IMG/VR virus record: IMGVR_UViG_3300045971_000577
Span: 248,001-312,000 of that record
Direction: 5' to 3' (one strand)
Length of the DNA: 64,000 bases
Every line of letters begins with the position of its first letter. The first letter of the stretch is position 1. Position numbers and translations under genes: made by a program. The notes below the pieces were generated by a model. The model had not been told where the DNA came from. It saw nothing but the letters and a program-made list of their open reading frames with translations, and did not search any database. Positions 30,894-42,785 of this stretch are shown here, piece by piece.

Positions 30894-33566
30894 TTAGGTG
30901 ATCAAATACATGAACGAGAAGTACACGTTCGCATTCCCGGTGGCGCTAGATTCGCCCATGAACCTTGCTCGGCCGTTCGTACCGTCAACGCCAATCGCAA
31001 AAGCCGTGGTAATGTACCCTGCCGTGGCAGTTCCACCAACGGCCCCGGTATTCGAAGCCGTGGATGCGATCGGATATGACATCGTGAAGTCCGTAGTCGC
31101 ACCTGCACCAAGTGACACGAATACGTATCCACTGACTGTCACTATGTTACCGACGCGCATCCAGTTACATGGCACGGCTGCCGATGAGTTTACATTCGCG
31201 CCATTGACGATTGTTGGAGTATACGTGCCAGAAGCGATGTACTGGTTTGTTGCTCCGGTGGCGCCGGCTGAGTTATTGTGCAGCGCGGTTCCGTACAACT
31301 GTCCGGTGCCGGTGACACGAAGCTTCTCAGATGAGCCAGCACCGCCCGTTGTGTTCGTACGGACAACGAACTGCGCTGGGATCGAGCCGTGGTAGCAGTC
31401 GAGTGTTGTGATGCCGGTTGAGAGGGCGCCGAGCGTAGTGATTCCGTCGCCGTTCGTTGGTTGAATTCCTAAGCCCGCGTCGCCGGTGATCTGTAACTTA
31501 CGCTGTGGAGAGTTAGTTCCGATGCCAACATTGCCAGTGCTGTCGATGCGCATGCGCTCCGGCAGCCCTGATCCAGAATAAAACCGCAGGCCAACGCTGT
31601 CATCAAATCCAGTCTCTGAGTAACCAGCCAACAGCGAACCACCGGGGTACGCACCAGTTTTGTAGCCGATGTTCATCACCTGACGTGCTGCGGTGTTTGC
31701 AGAAGTTTGGGAAAAGGTGATGGTTTCACTAACAGTAGTACCACCAATATCTAGTTTTGACCCAGGTGTAGTTGTGCCAATGCCAACATCACCCGCAGCA
31801 GTGATGCGCATCCGCTCAGTTGGGTTCGCGAATGAACCGCTTACCAACTGTGTACCAAATATCAAGTCACCGCCATATCCCGAATACCGAGATGACCAAA
31901 TTGCAGCATTTGGGTTTGAACCTGAAAATGTCAGTGCCGGGGATACCGACCCAGTATTAACAGCACCACCTTCAAGGAGGATGCCAACACGGTACGTCGA
32001 ACTGTCGGTGCCGGTCGTCACTGTAAGGCTGCCGGTCATCGTGTCACCGGTCTTCAACACATTGAGCGAAGACGCTCCGGTTACGTTTCCAGTTAGCGGG
32101 CCAGAGAATGTACCAGCAGTCATCGTACCAGCGATCGTGATTGCCGATGGTAACGAAACGGTTACGCCACCTGTTGAGGCCGAGACCGTTACTTGGTTTG
32201 CTGTACCGGTTAGTGATGTCACGCCAGTGTTCGCAAATGTATTTCCAGTCAATGAGATCCCAGTGCCGGCAGTGTATGTCCCAGATCCAGAGAACTGAAC
32301 GTACACGACGTTATCGGTGCCGAGCGTTGTTACTACAGCAGTTTCAGTCCAGCCAGTATCAGCTAGTGTTGTACCTTGAAGTACAAAGACTGCCGATCCG
32401 TCGACTTCAGCAGCCGTGTCAGCATCTGTACTGCGAGTCCATGCACCTGCAGCGACTACATATACGCCATTCTGCGAAACTGTTGTTTGGTTTTTCACCA
32501 GCACGCGATCTCCAACAGACAAGATAACATTATCAATTACTTGTGTACCGGACAGCGTGATATTCGTAGTCGTTGCAGCCTTCACCGATGTCTTCCAGTT
32601 TAGTCCGGCAATAGCGGCATCAACATAGTTTTTAGTTGTCAGATCGGTTCCGACAGTCGGCGCAGCCGCATTCGCAACCGAGAACCCACCCATGTTCAAG
32701 CTCTGCTGTTGAGTGCCAAGTGAAGTCAACGACGATGCTGTAACAGTGCTGTTCAGCGTTGATCCTGTTAGTGTGCCGGCGGCAGCAGCAACGGTAATAT
32801 CAGTAGATCCGTTAAACGAGACACCATTGATGTTCCGTGCGGTAGCCAGTGTTGTTGCAGTAGAAGCGTTACCAGTTAGTGGACCAGAAAATGCACCGGC
32901 AGTCACAGTACCTGTGACACCAAGCGAACCAAGCGTGCCTACAGAAGTTAGTGATGACGAAACTACATTCGATGCGAGCGTAGTGCCAGTTAGTGTGCCG
33001 GCAGTCGATGTGATTGCCGAGCCGTTGACTGTCGGGGCTGCTTTGAAATCAACTACGCCTGTAGAGCGTGCTACAGTGAACACCTGATTTTGCGTTGCTC
33101 CGTTATCGGCAACGCGAACAAACTCAAAGTTTGTACCGGCATCACCGCCGCCCTCGGCGGTACTGTTTGCCTGTAGCAACCAACGATCACTACCAGCTGT
33201 TTGTAGTTTTAACGAACGTATTGTTGACGCTGCATCAGAAACCAATATACCACGATTTGTTAGTGTACTGGTAGATGTGATTGCACCGGTTGTCTTGTTA
33301 ATTGACAGAAAAGATCCACCACCGAAAGTACCTGCATCATTGTATTGGATCTGGGTATCGGCACCACCAGGTGATCCGCCGGCGGCGGCTGACCACGAAA
33401 CATTAGTTCCGTCACTGGACAAAACTTTACCGGACTGGCCGATCTGTGTAGGAAGTAATGCATTGATTGCTGTTGGGGAAGTGGTCTGTCCTGTGCCACC
33501 TGCCGAGATCGGCAGAGGCCCGCCATTTGATTGAATTAAAATATTACCTGCAAATTGCACACCCAT
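30894..33566 (-). CDS. Tail-fibre-like structural protein
   Basis: Thr/Gly-rich; ERMRI..GNVGIGT repeats; N-terminus shared with 39063-40832. Confidence 0.75.
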   Translation of the reverse strand: MGVQFAGNILIQSNGGPLPISAGGTGQTTSPTAINALLPTQIGQSGKVLSSDGTNVSWSAAAGGSPGGADTQIQYNDAGTFGGGSFLSINKTTGAITSTSTLTNRGILVSDAASTIRSLKLQTAGSDRWLLQANSTAEGGGDAGTNFEFVRVADNGATQNQVFTVARSTGVVDFKAAPTVNGSAITSTAGTLTGTTLASNVVSSSLTSVGTLGSLGVTGTVTAGAFSGPLTGNASTATTLATARNINGVSFNGSTDITVAAAAGTLTGSTLNSTVTASSLTSLGTQQQSLNMGGFSVANAAAPTVGTDLTTKNYVDAAIAGLNWKTSVKAATTTNITLSGTQVIDNVILSVGDRVLVKNQTTVSQNGVYVVAAGAWTRSTDADTAAEVDGSAVFVLQGTTLADTGWTETAVVTTLGTDNVVYVQFSGSGTYTAGTGISLTGNTFANTGVTSLTGTANQVTVSASTGGVTVSLPSAITIAGTMTAGTFSGPLTGNVTGASSLNVLKTGDTMTGSLTVTTGTDSSTYRVGILLEGGAVNTGSVSPALTFSGSNPNAAIWSSRYSGYGGDLIFGTQLVSGSFANPTERMRITAAGDVGIGTTTPGSKLDIGGTTVSETITFSQTSANTAARQVMNIGYKTGAYPGGSLLAGYSETGFDDSVGLRFYSGSGLPERMRIDSTGNVGIGTNSPQRKLQITGDAGLGIQPTNGDGITTLGALSTGITTLDCYHGSIPAQFVVRTNTTGGAGSSEKLRVTGTGQLYGTALHNNSAGATGATNQYIASGTYTPTIVNGANVNSSAAVPCNWMRVGNIVTVSGYVFVSLGAGATTDFTMSYPIASTASNTGAVGGTATAGYITTAFAIGVDGTNGRARFMGESSATGNANVYFSFMYLIT

Positions 33567-33660
33567 ATAAACCCCCAATGTTTTTTATTTGTATATTTGT
33601 TAATACTTCTTTACGATGTACGAAGTATGTATATCTAGCTAGTATATTTATCATTTTACA
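32945..33660. repeat. ~700-bp segment homologous to 40211-40925
   Basis: Near-identical coding 5' ends and upstream DNA; ends approximate. Confidence 0.8.
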
Positions 33661-33760
33661 AAGATTGATAAACTTGATAGGCATAGGCAAGCATTCTCGA
33701 ATTGCCGGTGATGTCTTCAGCGGTAAAACAATGCACACAGTCATAGATGGCATACATGCA

Positions 33761-36700
33761 TTAGAGCACCTGATAAGTGAATGTGTAAAACAGATTATTT
33801 GTACCGGCATTTATAGTAGTGCCGGTGAATGTGACACGACTATTAGTCGTGTCACCCATAATTGCTCCAAATCCGGTACCGTTGTTGGTCGCAGCGGTGC
33901 CGGCGGCCTGCGTAGCTGATGAGAATGTAGATGCAACAGGAATGCTGATACCGAGCTGTGTAGAGGCATTTTGTGTCGAGCACGACATGAATACATATCC
34001 GCTAACAGTTACCACATTCCCGACACGCATCCACTGCGCCGCTGCAGAACTGGCGGCGGTAACATTGGCGCCCGCTGTTGCTGTCGGAGTATATGTGCCC
34101 GAAGCGATGTACTGGTTTGTTGTACCGGCGGCCCCGGCTGAGTTGTTGTGAATCGCGGTGCCGTAGATCTGACCGGTAGACGTAATACGCATACGTTCAA
34201 TTGAACCAGATCCGGACGGTGTAGTATTGAAGGCAAGTGCCTGCCCAGGTCCAGAGTATGCTGAAATTGTTGTGACACCAGTTGTTGCAGAAAACTGGCC
34301 AAGATACGATTCTGAACTGTCCATCACCGCAATAGTGCCCTTAGCGGTAATAATGCCCTGAACACCAGTTGCGCCACCGACTACCAGGCTACCCGTCGAA
34401 GTAATACGCATGCGCTCCGTCGTAGCAACTGTGTTCGTTGATTTCGAGTCCATCATGAATACTAGAGAGCCTGCATTTGCTGCGTCCATTCCGATTCGAG
34501 TCGCCCAATGTTGTGTGGCCGAGCCGTCCCACCGACGGAGGTCGAGTCCCGGAACATCAGTACCGTTCCCGACAGAATCACCACTAATTCGAGCACTGAT
34601 TTGTTGAGTTGGACCGGGGAACGAGGTTGATGTCGATAATACACCGAGGCCACCGTGTGCATGAAGCTTTGCTGCTGGTGTTGTTATACCGATGCCAAGG
34701 TTACCACTTGTGTCGATACGCATACGCTCAGCCGCACATGAGAATACCATCGGGCGATTGATGGACGAACCAATATAGTTAGTCCAGGCCGGAGCTTGAT
34801 ATGCATTTGTAGAAGCAGTATCATTGCAGCCAATAGCCATATTGGTCACGCCATTGACGTTGGCCGCAATGACTGCGTCACCGCTAGCGGCTACCACGTT
34901 TGCAATAGTACCTGCCACTTCTAGCATTGACCCCGAGCTGGTACGACCGATACCGACGTTACCAGAAGCATCGATACGCACTCGCGCTGCACTACCCGTT
35001 GCGAACACCAAAGGGAACCCATTGCCATTAGCAACATAGGCGCAGCCGGTAGGAACTCCGGAAACGTTTGTCGATCCGGAGTTATTCGTCCCAATATATG
35101 TATTCGATACCCCCGAATTGGTAACGTCAATGCACGAATCTGACGTTGCGGGGCCTTCAAATTGAGCTGTATTTCCAACCGTAGTCGACTTAACGTGCAA
35201 ACGATTCGATGGTGATGCGGTTCCAATGCCAAGGTTACCACTTGTGTCGATCCGCATGCGCTCCGCATTTACAGTTGAAAATACCAATGGTGTTGATGTG
35301 TTTGCATTCAACCATGTCGTATTGCTGCGCGATGTATGATTTGAGCCATATGCAGATAGGCGTAGTGTTGCATCATTGCCTACCACAGCTATTTCTGAGA
35401 ACTCAGTGCTCGTTGTTGCAGTAGACTTAACCAATGCGCTTGCAGTGGTTGCTGACTCGACGTGAAGATTTGCTGTCGGTACGAACGTGCCGATACCGAC
35501 CTTGCCGGTGCTGTCGATACGCATCGCTTCTGATTGTGCATTGGCGGACTGCGAGTAGAAAACTAGGGCCGACTGACGTTCGCCAGCTGCCGCATTCGTC
35601 CAAGCACTTGCGATTCGGTTCGAGTTGATTAGCGAACCGGCGGCATCTTGCAGAACGAACTGCATACCAACACCGAAGTTGTTCGCTGCGGTGCCAGATG
35701 TCGTATGCGTGAGTGCTATGCTGTTCGGAATGTTCGTGGTGCCTGCATCGGAGACAATCGAGTCAAGCCGAGCAGTTGCAGTTGCACCACCGACGCTGAC
35801 GTTCCCAGAGCCATCGATCCGGATACCCTTTGCGGATGCGGACCACGGGCCAATCACGATACCGGTGGTTCCGTCAGCAGCACCGCCGGACTGAGCAATG
35901 ATCGATGCGTCGTTCGCTTGAACGAGCGTGTTCCAGCCGCCGACTGTGCTCTTCGAGATGAACAGGAACCCGTTCCCAGCACCGTTGATTACTGACAGAC
36001 CGTGCGTGGTCGATGCGGTGCCACCACCAACGTTCACGTCCAACGTGCCAGTCATAGTGTCGCCAGACTTCAGGACGTTCAGCGATGAGGCACCGGTTAG
36101 GGCACCCACGAATGTAGTTGATGTTACCGACGAAAGCCCGGTAATAGTCGAAGGTAAGCTTAGTGTTACCGCACCGGATGATGCCGAAGATGTAATCTGA
36201 TTTGCAGTACCTGCTATGGAAATAACCCCTGTATTAGAAACAGTTACGTTACCTGTTGCACCCGAGACAGATATGCCTGTGCCTGCAATATTACTAAGAA
36301 CACCTGTGTTAGATATTACATTTGTAGAAATATTAACCCCGGATCCTTGCACATAGGTACCGGCGCCCGCAAACTGTGTCCACACGATAGGATTGGTACC
36401 GACAATAATATAGTCGTTCGGTGAACCGGTACCTATGCTCGAAACAATCCATTGTGTGCCGCCGAGCGTTCCTTCTTGCACATACGACATATCGCCGGCC
36501 TGGACTTCGGAGGTCGGCGATCCATCGAGATCGGTGGAACGAGTAAGTATCCACGGAGAGACACCCGCAGAGCCAAGGCTAGTCACAGTGTAGATACCGT
36601 TCTGTACTGTCGAAACCTGGTCTTTTACCAGCAATCGCGAGCCAACTACAAGACCTGCATATCCACCAATAGTTCCAAGAACTATGTTGGTGTTACAGGT

Positions 36701-38122
36701 AAGAGTTGCGCCGACACCGGCTGTACCATTGTTATATGTACAGGTAGCTAGGGCGGATGTCGTAACGGTTTCACACGATGCATGAATTTGTACGCCAGCA
36801 GCTATACCATCAGCATATTGCTTTGTAACGGCACCTAGTAAATTGGTAGGATCGGCGTTTAGTATCAATGGACCGGACATTGTATCGCCAGCAAGATTTA
36901 CCGGAGTATATGTCAACACGGATGTAATGTCCGTAGCCGTTACAGCAGATGTAGCGGTAATAAGTCCTTTGCCATTGACCGTTACCTTGCGGAACGTGTC
37001 GGTCTGTGGTGAGCTATTGACTGTTGCAAGCGTTAGTGCCGATGTTGTATTAGCACTACCATCGAAGCTTACAGTCCACGTTGCATCACCGCTTGCCGAA
37101 ATGTTTCTTGCTGTAGCGAGCGTCGTTGCTGTGTCGGCGTTTCCTTGAAGTGCCCCGATAAAGGTGGTGGCTGTTACTGCATTTAGGAAAGTGGCTGCGC
37201 CGGATGATGTTACACTTAATGGAACAATAGTCGTAGGGCCGCTGGTGTCAATATGAACCAATCTAAATTGGCCAGTTGTTCTGTCAGCTAACAGTTCCCA
37301 ATTTAGTCCATCTAGATTATTAAATGTTATATTGGCATCATAATTCTCTAGGAGAAGATTTCCGCCGACATGTAATTGTTGTAATGGAGATTGTACTCCA
37401 ATACCAACATACCCGGTGGTGCCACCGACTAAATCCTCGCCGGCAATAACAATATTATCGGCGCCGCCTGATGTGATCTTGACTCTTAATAGATTATCAC
37501 GAGATCCAATATATACTGCATCACCGGTGCTAATTCCTAGTATGCGGTCGATTGTCGTGCCGTCAGTGTGTTTTGCACGAATATATTTCCCGTTATCCAA
37601 TACAATATCGGCAGACATATTTAGATTGCCGGTCATAGTATCACCGACAAGATTTACCGGGGTATACCCCAATGTAGAAATAATATCAGATGATGATGCC
37701 GCAGATAATGCCGTGCCATTCCCTTTTACCACACCAGTGACGGTAGTGCTCAGTGTGATAGCTGGAGTTGTTGTGGAGGTAGCAACTGTACCAGCAAGAC
37801 CGTTGGCACTAACAACAGACACATCAGTTACAGTACCGGTGCCTGCGGCAGAAAAAGATAGATTGCCCGAGCCGTCAGAAACTAATGTCTGTCCGTTGCT
37901 GCCGGTCCCCGAAGGGAAGGTAAGTTGATTTAGTTTCGGTGCTGCCCATGTTCCTCCAATTCTGGCCTTCATACTACCGGATGTACTATCAAACCAATAG
38001 TCGCCGTTGGCTACAGAATACGACCCGGTGGGATCTGAGAAACCTTGGAAAAGTGTAATACCACTTTTTCCAATCTTGAAGAAAGGTACGCTCGTACCTT
38101 TAGCGTTAATAGTTACTGACAT
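33761..38122 (-). CDS. Long tail-fibre-like protein (1453 aa)
   Basis: Multiple ERMRIDTSGNLGIGT...L.V repeats; C-terminal domain shared with 30894-33566. Confidence 0.78.
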   Translation of the reverse strand: MSVTINAKGTSVPFFKIGKSGITLFQGFSDPTGSYSVANGDYWFDSTSGSMKARIGGTWAAPKLNQLTFPSGTGSNGQTLVSDGSGNLSFSAAGTGTVTDVSVVSANGLAGTVATSTTTPAITLSTTVTGVVKGNGTALSAASSSDIISTLGYTPVNLVGDTMTGNLNMSADIVLDNGKYIRAKHTDGTTIDRILGISTGDAVYIGSRDNLLRVKITSGGADNIVIAGEDLVGGTTGYVGIGVQSPLQQLHVGGNLLLENYDANITFNNLDGLNWELLADRTTGQFRLVHIDTSGPTTIVPLSVTSSGAATFLNAVTATTFIGALQGNADTATTLATARNISASGDATWTVSFDGSANTTSALTLATVNSSPQTDTFRKVTVNGKGLITATSAVTATDITSVLTYTPVNLAGDTMSGPLILNADPTNLLGAVTKQYADGIAAGVQIHASCETVTTSALATCTYNNGTAGVGATLTCNTNIVLGTIGGYAGLVVGSRLLVKDQVSTVQNGIYTVTSLGSAGVSPWILTRSTDLDGSPTSEVQAGDMSYVQEGTLGGTQWIVSSIGTGSPNDYIIVGTNPIVWTQFAGAGTYVQGSGVNISTNVISNTGVLSNIAGTGISVSGATGNVTVSNTGVISIAGTANQITSSASSGAVTLSLPSTITGLSSVTSTTFVGALTGASSLNVLKSGDTMTGTLDVNVGGGTASTTHGLSVINGAGNGFLFISKSTVGGWNTLVQANDASIIAQSGGAADGTTGIVIGPWSASAKGIRIDGSGNVSVGGATATARLDSIVSDAGTTNIPNSIALTHTTSGTAANNFGVGMQFVLQDAAGSLINSNRIASAWTNAAAGERQSALVFYSQSANAQSEAMRIDSTGKVGIGTFVPTANLHVESATTASALVKSTATTSTEFSEIAVVGNDATLRLSAYGSNHTSRSNTTWLNANTSTPLVFSTVNAERMRIDTSGNLGIGTASPSNRLHVKSTTVGNTAQFEGPATSDSCIDVTNSGVSNTYIGTNNSGSTNVSGVPTGCAYVANGNGFPLVFATGSAARVRIDASGNVGIGRTSSGSMLEVAGTIANVVAASGDAVIAANVNGVTNMAIGCNDTASTNAYQAPAWTNYIGSSINRPMVFSCAAERMRIDTSGNLGIGITTPAAKLHAHGGLGVLSTSTSFPGPTQQISARISGDSVGNGTDVPGLDLRRWDGSATQHWATRIGMDAANAGSLVFMMDSKSTNTVATTERMRITSTGSLVVGGATGVQGIITAKGTIAVMDSSESYLGQFSATTGVTTISAYSGPGQALAFNTTPSGSGSIERMRITSTGQIYGTAIHNNSAGAAGTTNQYIASGTYTPTATAGANVTAASSAAAQWMRVGNVVTVSGYVFMSCSTQNASTQLGISIPVASTFSSATQAAGTAATNNGTGFGAIMGDTTNSRVTFTGTTINAGTNNLFYTFTYQVL

Positions 38123-38327
38123 AAGCTCTCCTGTTCAGGTATAAACCTGTCTAATACTGGTGTATTAGTCTTTACTTTTGCTTATTTATCTCTGAACAGA
38201 GGGACCGCACATTAGTTAGGCACGAAGTGTGTTGCCCGTTGGCGCACTATATGAAATATTTAGTTTTGGTATCTATGTATCACCAATAGTCATGATGACT
38301 GGCATCATGACTATGTAGGTTGATGAT

Positions 38328-39053
38328 TTATCCGGCGTCTGCGACAGTATATGGTGTTGTGGTAGGTGTAAATCCGGTGGCATAATTGTAGAGCGCCACG
38401 CCTTGCACAATACGCAATTCATCTATGTACCCGGACATATAGGCCACATTGTTACCATCAGCATACCAACAGCCGACGCGCAGATCCTTGTTGCCGGCCG
38501 CAAACGGTATGCAGCCGGGACCGGAGAATGATGAAAATGTACCATCGGGCACGCCGTTATAAAAGTATTGAATTGTCGAACCCGATCGTTGGCATGTTAT
38601 ATGCACCCATGTGTTCACTGGAATCAGAGTGCTACCATTTGTTGGCATATTAACACCAGTGGAGGCGGGGCCGCCGTGCATACCGTAGAGTCCGTATGTT
38701 TCCTGCACACCAATATTCCACCCGCCATTATATCCTGCCTGCCACTGAAAGGTTCCACAGAACCCGTATAAACCTGCAGCGGCGCGGCGCACCCAGCACT
38801 CGATTGTGAAGTCACCTACGATATCAAAACGGCCGTCATTCGTGATATTCAACCGAGATGCGCCGTTAAAAAACCCTGTAGATGAGCCAACCTTTGTCTG
38901 CACTGTGCTTGTTGTCACAGAAGTGTTAGTGACAGAAAGCCCAGTAGCATCGGTGATGGTTGTACCACCGTTGCTGCCCTCAAAGTGCAGCAGCAGTTTT
39001 GTCCTGAAAGACGTTGCTGCCTTCTTCGCGTTTATTGCCATGCGTGCAAACAT
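38328..39053 (-). CDS. LamG/concanavalin-A-like structural protein
   Basis: KLLLHFEG, DFTIECW, GYIDELRI. Confidence 0.8.
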   Translation of the reverse strand: MFARMAINAKKAATSFRTKLLLHFEGSNGGTTITDATGLSVTNTSVTTSTVQTKVGSSTGFFNGASRLNITNDGRFDIVGDFTIECWVRRAAAGLYGFCGTFQWQAGYNGGWNIGVQETYGLYGMHGGPASTGVNMPTNGSTLIPVNTWVHITCQRSGSTIQYFYNGVPDGTFSSFSGPGCIPFAAGNKDLRVGCWYADGNNVAYMSGYIDELRIVQGVALYNYATGFTPTTTPYTVADAG

Positions 39054-39062
39054 AGTGTTTCC

Positions 39063-40832
39063 TTAGAAGTTTTGGCCGGCTATAAACCCGAGCCAGTTGT
39101 TGCCGCCATCATAAGTGACCATAGATACCACGTCGATCTTGCTAGCTGTCGCAGTGATCGTTGGTGCGGTTCCACCGGCCCACTTAATGGTCTTGCTGAC
39201 ACCAGCAACTGACACGCTATTGAGCGCCATCGTTCGGCTACCTGTACCGTCCTGTGTAATGTACAGCGTGCATGAATAACTGCGGCCTGCTGCAGGAACG
39301 TTTGTGAAGTTGATTGATGTGATTGCTGTGGCACTAAGAGCAACTGTGAAGTTATTACCTAGTGAGCAGTCGATTGGGAATGCGGCAGCCAGCGTCGGTG
39401 TCGTCTGAGTTTCGACGTACGACTTGCCGAAAATAAGCTGGCCACCCATAGTTGTCGTCATGTCACTCCGTGTGATGGAGATAGCATTACCGATGGCAGC
39501 GCCGGTGTCATTCAGCGAGGTAAGGAAGAAATCAGAACCGGCGTTTGACCCAGACTCAGCAGTTGCCGACTTACCAAAAACCCAACGATTCGAGCTAGCA
39601 GTTGCCAGGTAGATGCTCGTGCTCTGGCCCGAGGCCGCTGCATTCATCTGGATAACTGGATTTGCATACGCAATTGTCAGGAAACCGGTCATTGTGTCAC
39701 CTGTCTTCAGCATGCTGCCTGCGGGAGGTGTAGGTGTTGTCCAGGTAGGTGCCGATGATACGCCACTTGACGTTAATACTTGCCCAGAGGTCCCGCCATT
39801 TCCGCTTGATGTTGTGTTCAGGTTCCACGCACCATTGCTGTCGATGTACAAACGTGTCGAGGCGCCAGCGCGAAGAAAGATACCTGCACTACCAGCAGAA
39901 GACAGCACCAGGCCGCCGGCTGTAGTGCCGAAGCCAGATGACGTGCTAGTGTAACCAATATAGGCGTCACTTGAGTTAGCCAGAGACGCGGTTAGATAGC
40001 CGATACGCAGTGCAGCGTTTGCACCAGATGACGTTATACCAGTTGCTCCGCCCGGGGTGCCAATTGCGATACCTGCAGAGCCAAGGCCTGCATAGTTGGT
40101 TAGGAATAGTTGTGCATGATCCGATCCACCCGAATTACCAATTTCGACGCTACCGGAAGAGTTAGTGAAGACTGGACCATTCACGGTCAGAGACGTCAGT
40201 GTGCCAACAGAAGTCAGTGATGACGAAACTACATTCGATGCGAGTGTAGTTCCAGTTAATGTGCTCGCAGCTGATGTAATCAATGAGCCGTTGATTGTCG
40301 GGGCTGCTTTGAAATCAACTACATGAGTTGCTCTCGAAATACTGTATGCAATGTTCTGTGTCGCTCCATTATCTGCCACGGCGACGCATTCGAAATCCGA
40401 ACCAACTGAGGAGCCGGTTTCGGCGGTACTATTTGCCTGTAGCAGCCAACGATCACTGCCGGCTGTTTGAAACTTCAATGTGCGCATTGTTGCTTCTGGC
40501 CACGTGATAGTAACACCGGTATTTGTTAGTGTACTGGTTGATGTGATTGCGCCGGTTGACTTATTCACCACTAAGAATGCGTTGCCACCGAAAGTACCTG
40601 CATCATTGTATTGGATCTGGGTGTTGGCACCACCAGGTGATCCGCCTGCAGCGGCTGACCACGAAACATTAGTTCCGTCACTGGACAAAACTTTACCGGA
40701 CTGGCCTGCTTGAGTTGGAAGCAATGCATTGATTGCTGTCGGGGAAGTGGTCTGTCCTGTGCCACCTGCCGATATCGGCAGAGGACCGCCGTTTGACTGA
40801 ACTAAAATATTACCTGCGAACTGCACACCCAT
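39063..40832 (-). CDS. Tail-fibre-like structural protein
   Basis: Shared N-terminus; C-terminal IKWAGGTAPTIT...DVVSM motif. Confidence 0.75.
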   Translation of the reverse strand: MGVQFAGNILVQSNGGPLPISAGGTGQTTSPTAINALLPTQAGQSGKVLSSDGTNVSWSAAAGGSPGGANTQIQYNDAGTFGGNAFLVVNKSTGAITSTSTLTNTGVTITWPEATMRTLKFQTAGSDRWLLQANSTAETGSSVGSDFECVAVADNGATQNIAYSISRATHVVDFKAAPTINGSLITSAASTLTGTTLASNVVSSSLTSVGTLTSLTVNGPVFTNSSGSVEIGNSGGSDHAQLFLTNYAGLGSAGIAIGTPGGATGITSSGANAALRIGYLTASLANSSDAYIGYTSTSSGFGTTAGGLVLSSAGSAGIFLRAGASTRLYIDSNGAWNLNTTSSGNGGTSGQVLTSSGVSSAPTWTTPTPPAGSMLKTGDTMTGFLTIAYANPVIQMNAAASGQSTSIYLATASSNRWVFGKSATAESGSNAGSDFFLTSLNDTGAAIGNAISITRSDMTTTMGGQLIFGKSYVETQTTPTLAAAFPIDCSLGNNFTVALSATAITSINFTNVPAAGRSYSCTLYITQDGTGSRTMALNSVSVAGVSKTIKWAGGTAPTITATASKIDVVSMVTYDGGNNWLGFIAGQNF

Positions 40833-40937
40833 ATAAACCTCCAATGTTCTTTATTTGTATATTTATCAATACTTCACGATATACGAAGTATGTAGCTGGT
40901 TTATTTATCACTTTACTAACTTTGATAAATAATAGAA

Positions 40938-41555
40938 ATGGGGTACAAAGTGTCACTAAGATTCTATGTTTATGCTTATATAAGGTCAGAAGATTCAGTA
41001 ACTGCAAAAGCAGGGACACCGTATTACATCGGTAAAGGAACCGGTAACAGGGCATTTTCGAAACATACATTTACTATACCCGATAAATCAAGAATCATAT
41101 TTATGGAACAGGGACTCACAGAGCTTGGCGCACTGGCACTAGAACGAAGATATATCAAGTGGTGGGGAAGAAAAGATCTCGGCACAGGTGTATTACTAAA
41201 CCGCACCGATGGCGGCGATAGTCCGAAGATGGACGAATATAGAAAATTGCATCTATCAAAAATTAACACAGGAAAAGTGCTGAAAGAGGAAACCTGTATA
41301 AAGATGAGTAAAACAAGAACTGGAAAAAAGAGACCGGAATTAAGTAATAGATCCCGCACGCCTGCTGAATTGAGCAATCTTGCTGGCATGACTCAGAAAG
41401 TTAAATTGATAGTTGAGATTCAAGGAATTACATATGACTCAATAACGGCTGCATCTATGGTCACCGGAATTCATCATGAAACTCTGCGATATAGGTGCCG
41501 CGCTACAGGATTTCCTGATTATAAGATATTAGGGAGATCGACATGCCCCGCATAA
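40938..41555 (+). CDS. GIY-YIG-like homing endonuclease
   Basis: FYVYAYIR...TPYYIGKG; NRTDGG; C-terminal HTH. Confidence 0.85.
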   Translation: MGYKVSLRFYVYAYIRSEDSVTAKAGTPYYIGKGTGNRAFSKHTFTIPDKSRIIFMEQGLTELGALALERRYIKWWGRKDLGTGVLLNRTDGGDSPKMDEYRKLHLSKINTGKVLKEETCIKMSKTRTGKKRPELSNRSRTPAELSNLAGMTQKVKLIVEIQGITYDSITAASMVTGIHHETLRYRCRATGFPDYKILGRSTCPA

Positions 41556-42781
41556 GCCTATGGAATCCCCAAAAAGGTGCCGATTTCAACTTTACAGATA
41601 GGACTATCGGCGAGAATTTTCGCATATCCGGTGACGGCATTCTTGTACACCTATACGAGGGGCCGACTACTGATGCTAACGGAAATACCGACACATCAAT
41701 TACAACGATTCAGGATGTGTTGTTCCTTACCAATAACAACAGAAAGTATAATCCTAATGTGATTGAACTTAGAGGGCACCACGTGCCACAGGATGTAAAC
41801 TATGATTTATCTCAGTTCGGTATTTTCCTTAGTTCTGATGTTATTCGTATACAATTTCACTACAACGATATGCTCGATTCGCTTGGGCGAAAGCTTATTG
41901 CAGGGGACGTCCTTGAATTTCCGAGCATGCGAGACGTTCCAATTTTCGACAATGCGGTGGGTATAAACCGATATTATGTTGTGCAGGATGCATTGTATGC
42001 GGCCGGCGGATACGGGCAAAAATGGTTTCCACACATATGGTTGGTAAGAGCTAAACTCATTACCGCTGCTCCAGAATTTTCGCAGATTATTGAACAAGCA
42101 GGAACAGGACAGACGGCAGGTGGTGCTGGGCAGGGTATCGGCATTATGCCACCAGGCTTTGCCGAAACCACAGATGCAGATGGTAACCCAGGTACAGGAT
42201 GCGATCCAGATATTTCTAATTCGCTAAATCTATTCTGTAAGATTATTGGGCTGTCGGACGCGGTAGTTGCTGAAGCTGAAAAGAATGCTTTCTTTGATCC
42301 AAAGTTTTTCGAAAGTGCAAACTTGTATATCTATCTCGACGAAAAGGGATACCCTGTTGTCGGTGCTAACTATTACGGCGGCGACGGTGCTCCACCCGAT
42401 CAGTCTACTTCATTGACTCCGAGTGGACCATTGGTTGGTGCTGGCATTGCATTCCCTCCAGGTATGCAAGATGGACAATACTACCTACGTATCGACTATT
42501 ATCCTGAAAGACTTTTCCAGAAACAAGGTAGTTGCTATAAACTCATAGAGGTAAATGTTTTGAAGAATTGGACTGCATACAATAGAGTATTGGACACGTT
42601 TATTGATAACAATAATGATACAGTGCTTCCAGACGGAACAGTTATTCCAGAAAAACAAGCAGTTTCGCAGGTAGTGAAACAGAAGGTCGATTTGTATGCT
42701 GATAGAAAGGTAAGTACAACCGCAGCAGAAGCAACTCGTTCCGCTATAGCAGAAGAACGTGCTAAAAAGAAACCTAACTAA
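41543..42781 (+). CDS. Neck / head-completion protein (T4 gp14-like)
   Basis: IQDVLFL.NNNRKY...FGIFL...AGDVLEFP; position next to a gp15-like gene. Confidence 0.65.
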   Translation: MPRISLWNPQKGADFNFTDRTIGENFRISGDGILVHLYEGPTTDANGNTDTSITTIQDVLFLTNNNRKYNPNVIELRGHHVPQDVNYDLSQFGIFLSSDVIRIQFHYNDMLDSLGRKLIAGDVLEFPSMRDVPIFDNAVGINRYYVVQDALYAAGGYGQKWFPHIWLVRAKLITAAPEFSQIIEQAGTGQTAGGAGQGIGIMPPGFAETTDADGNPGTGCDPDISNSLNLFCKIIGLSDAVVAEAEKNAFFDPKFFESANLYIYLDEKGYPVVGANYYGGDGAPPDQSTSLTPSGPLVGAGIAFPPGMQDGQYYLRIDYYPERLFQKQGSCYKLIEVNVLKNWTAYNRVLDTFIDNNNDTVLPDGTVIPEKQAVSQVVKQKVDLYADRKVSTTAAEATRSAIAEERAKKKPN

Positions 42782-42785
42782 AACT

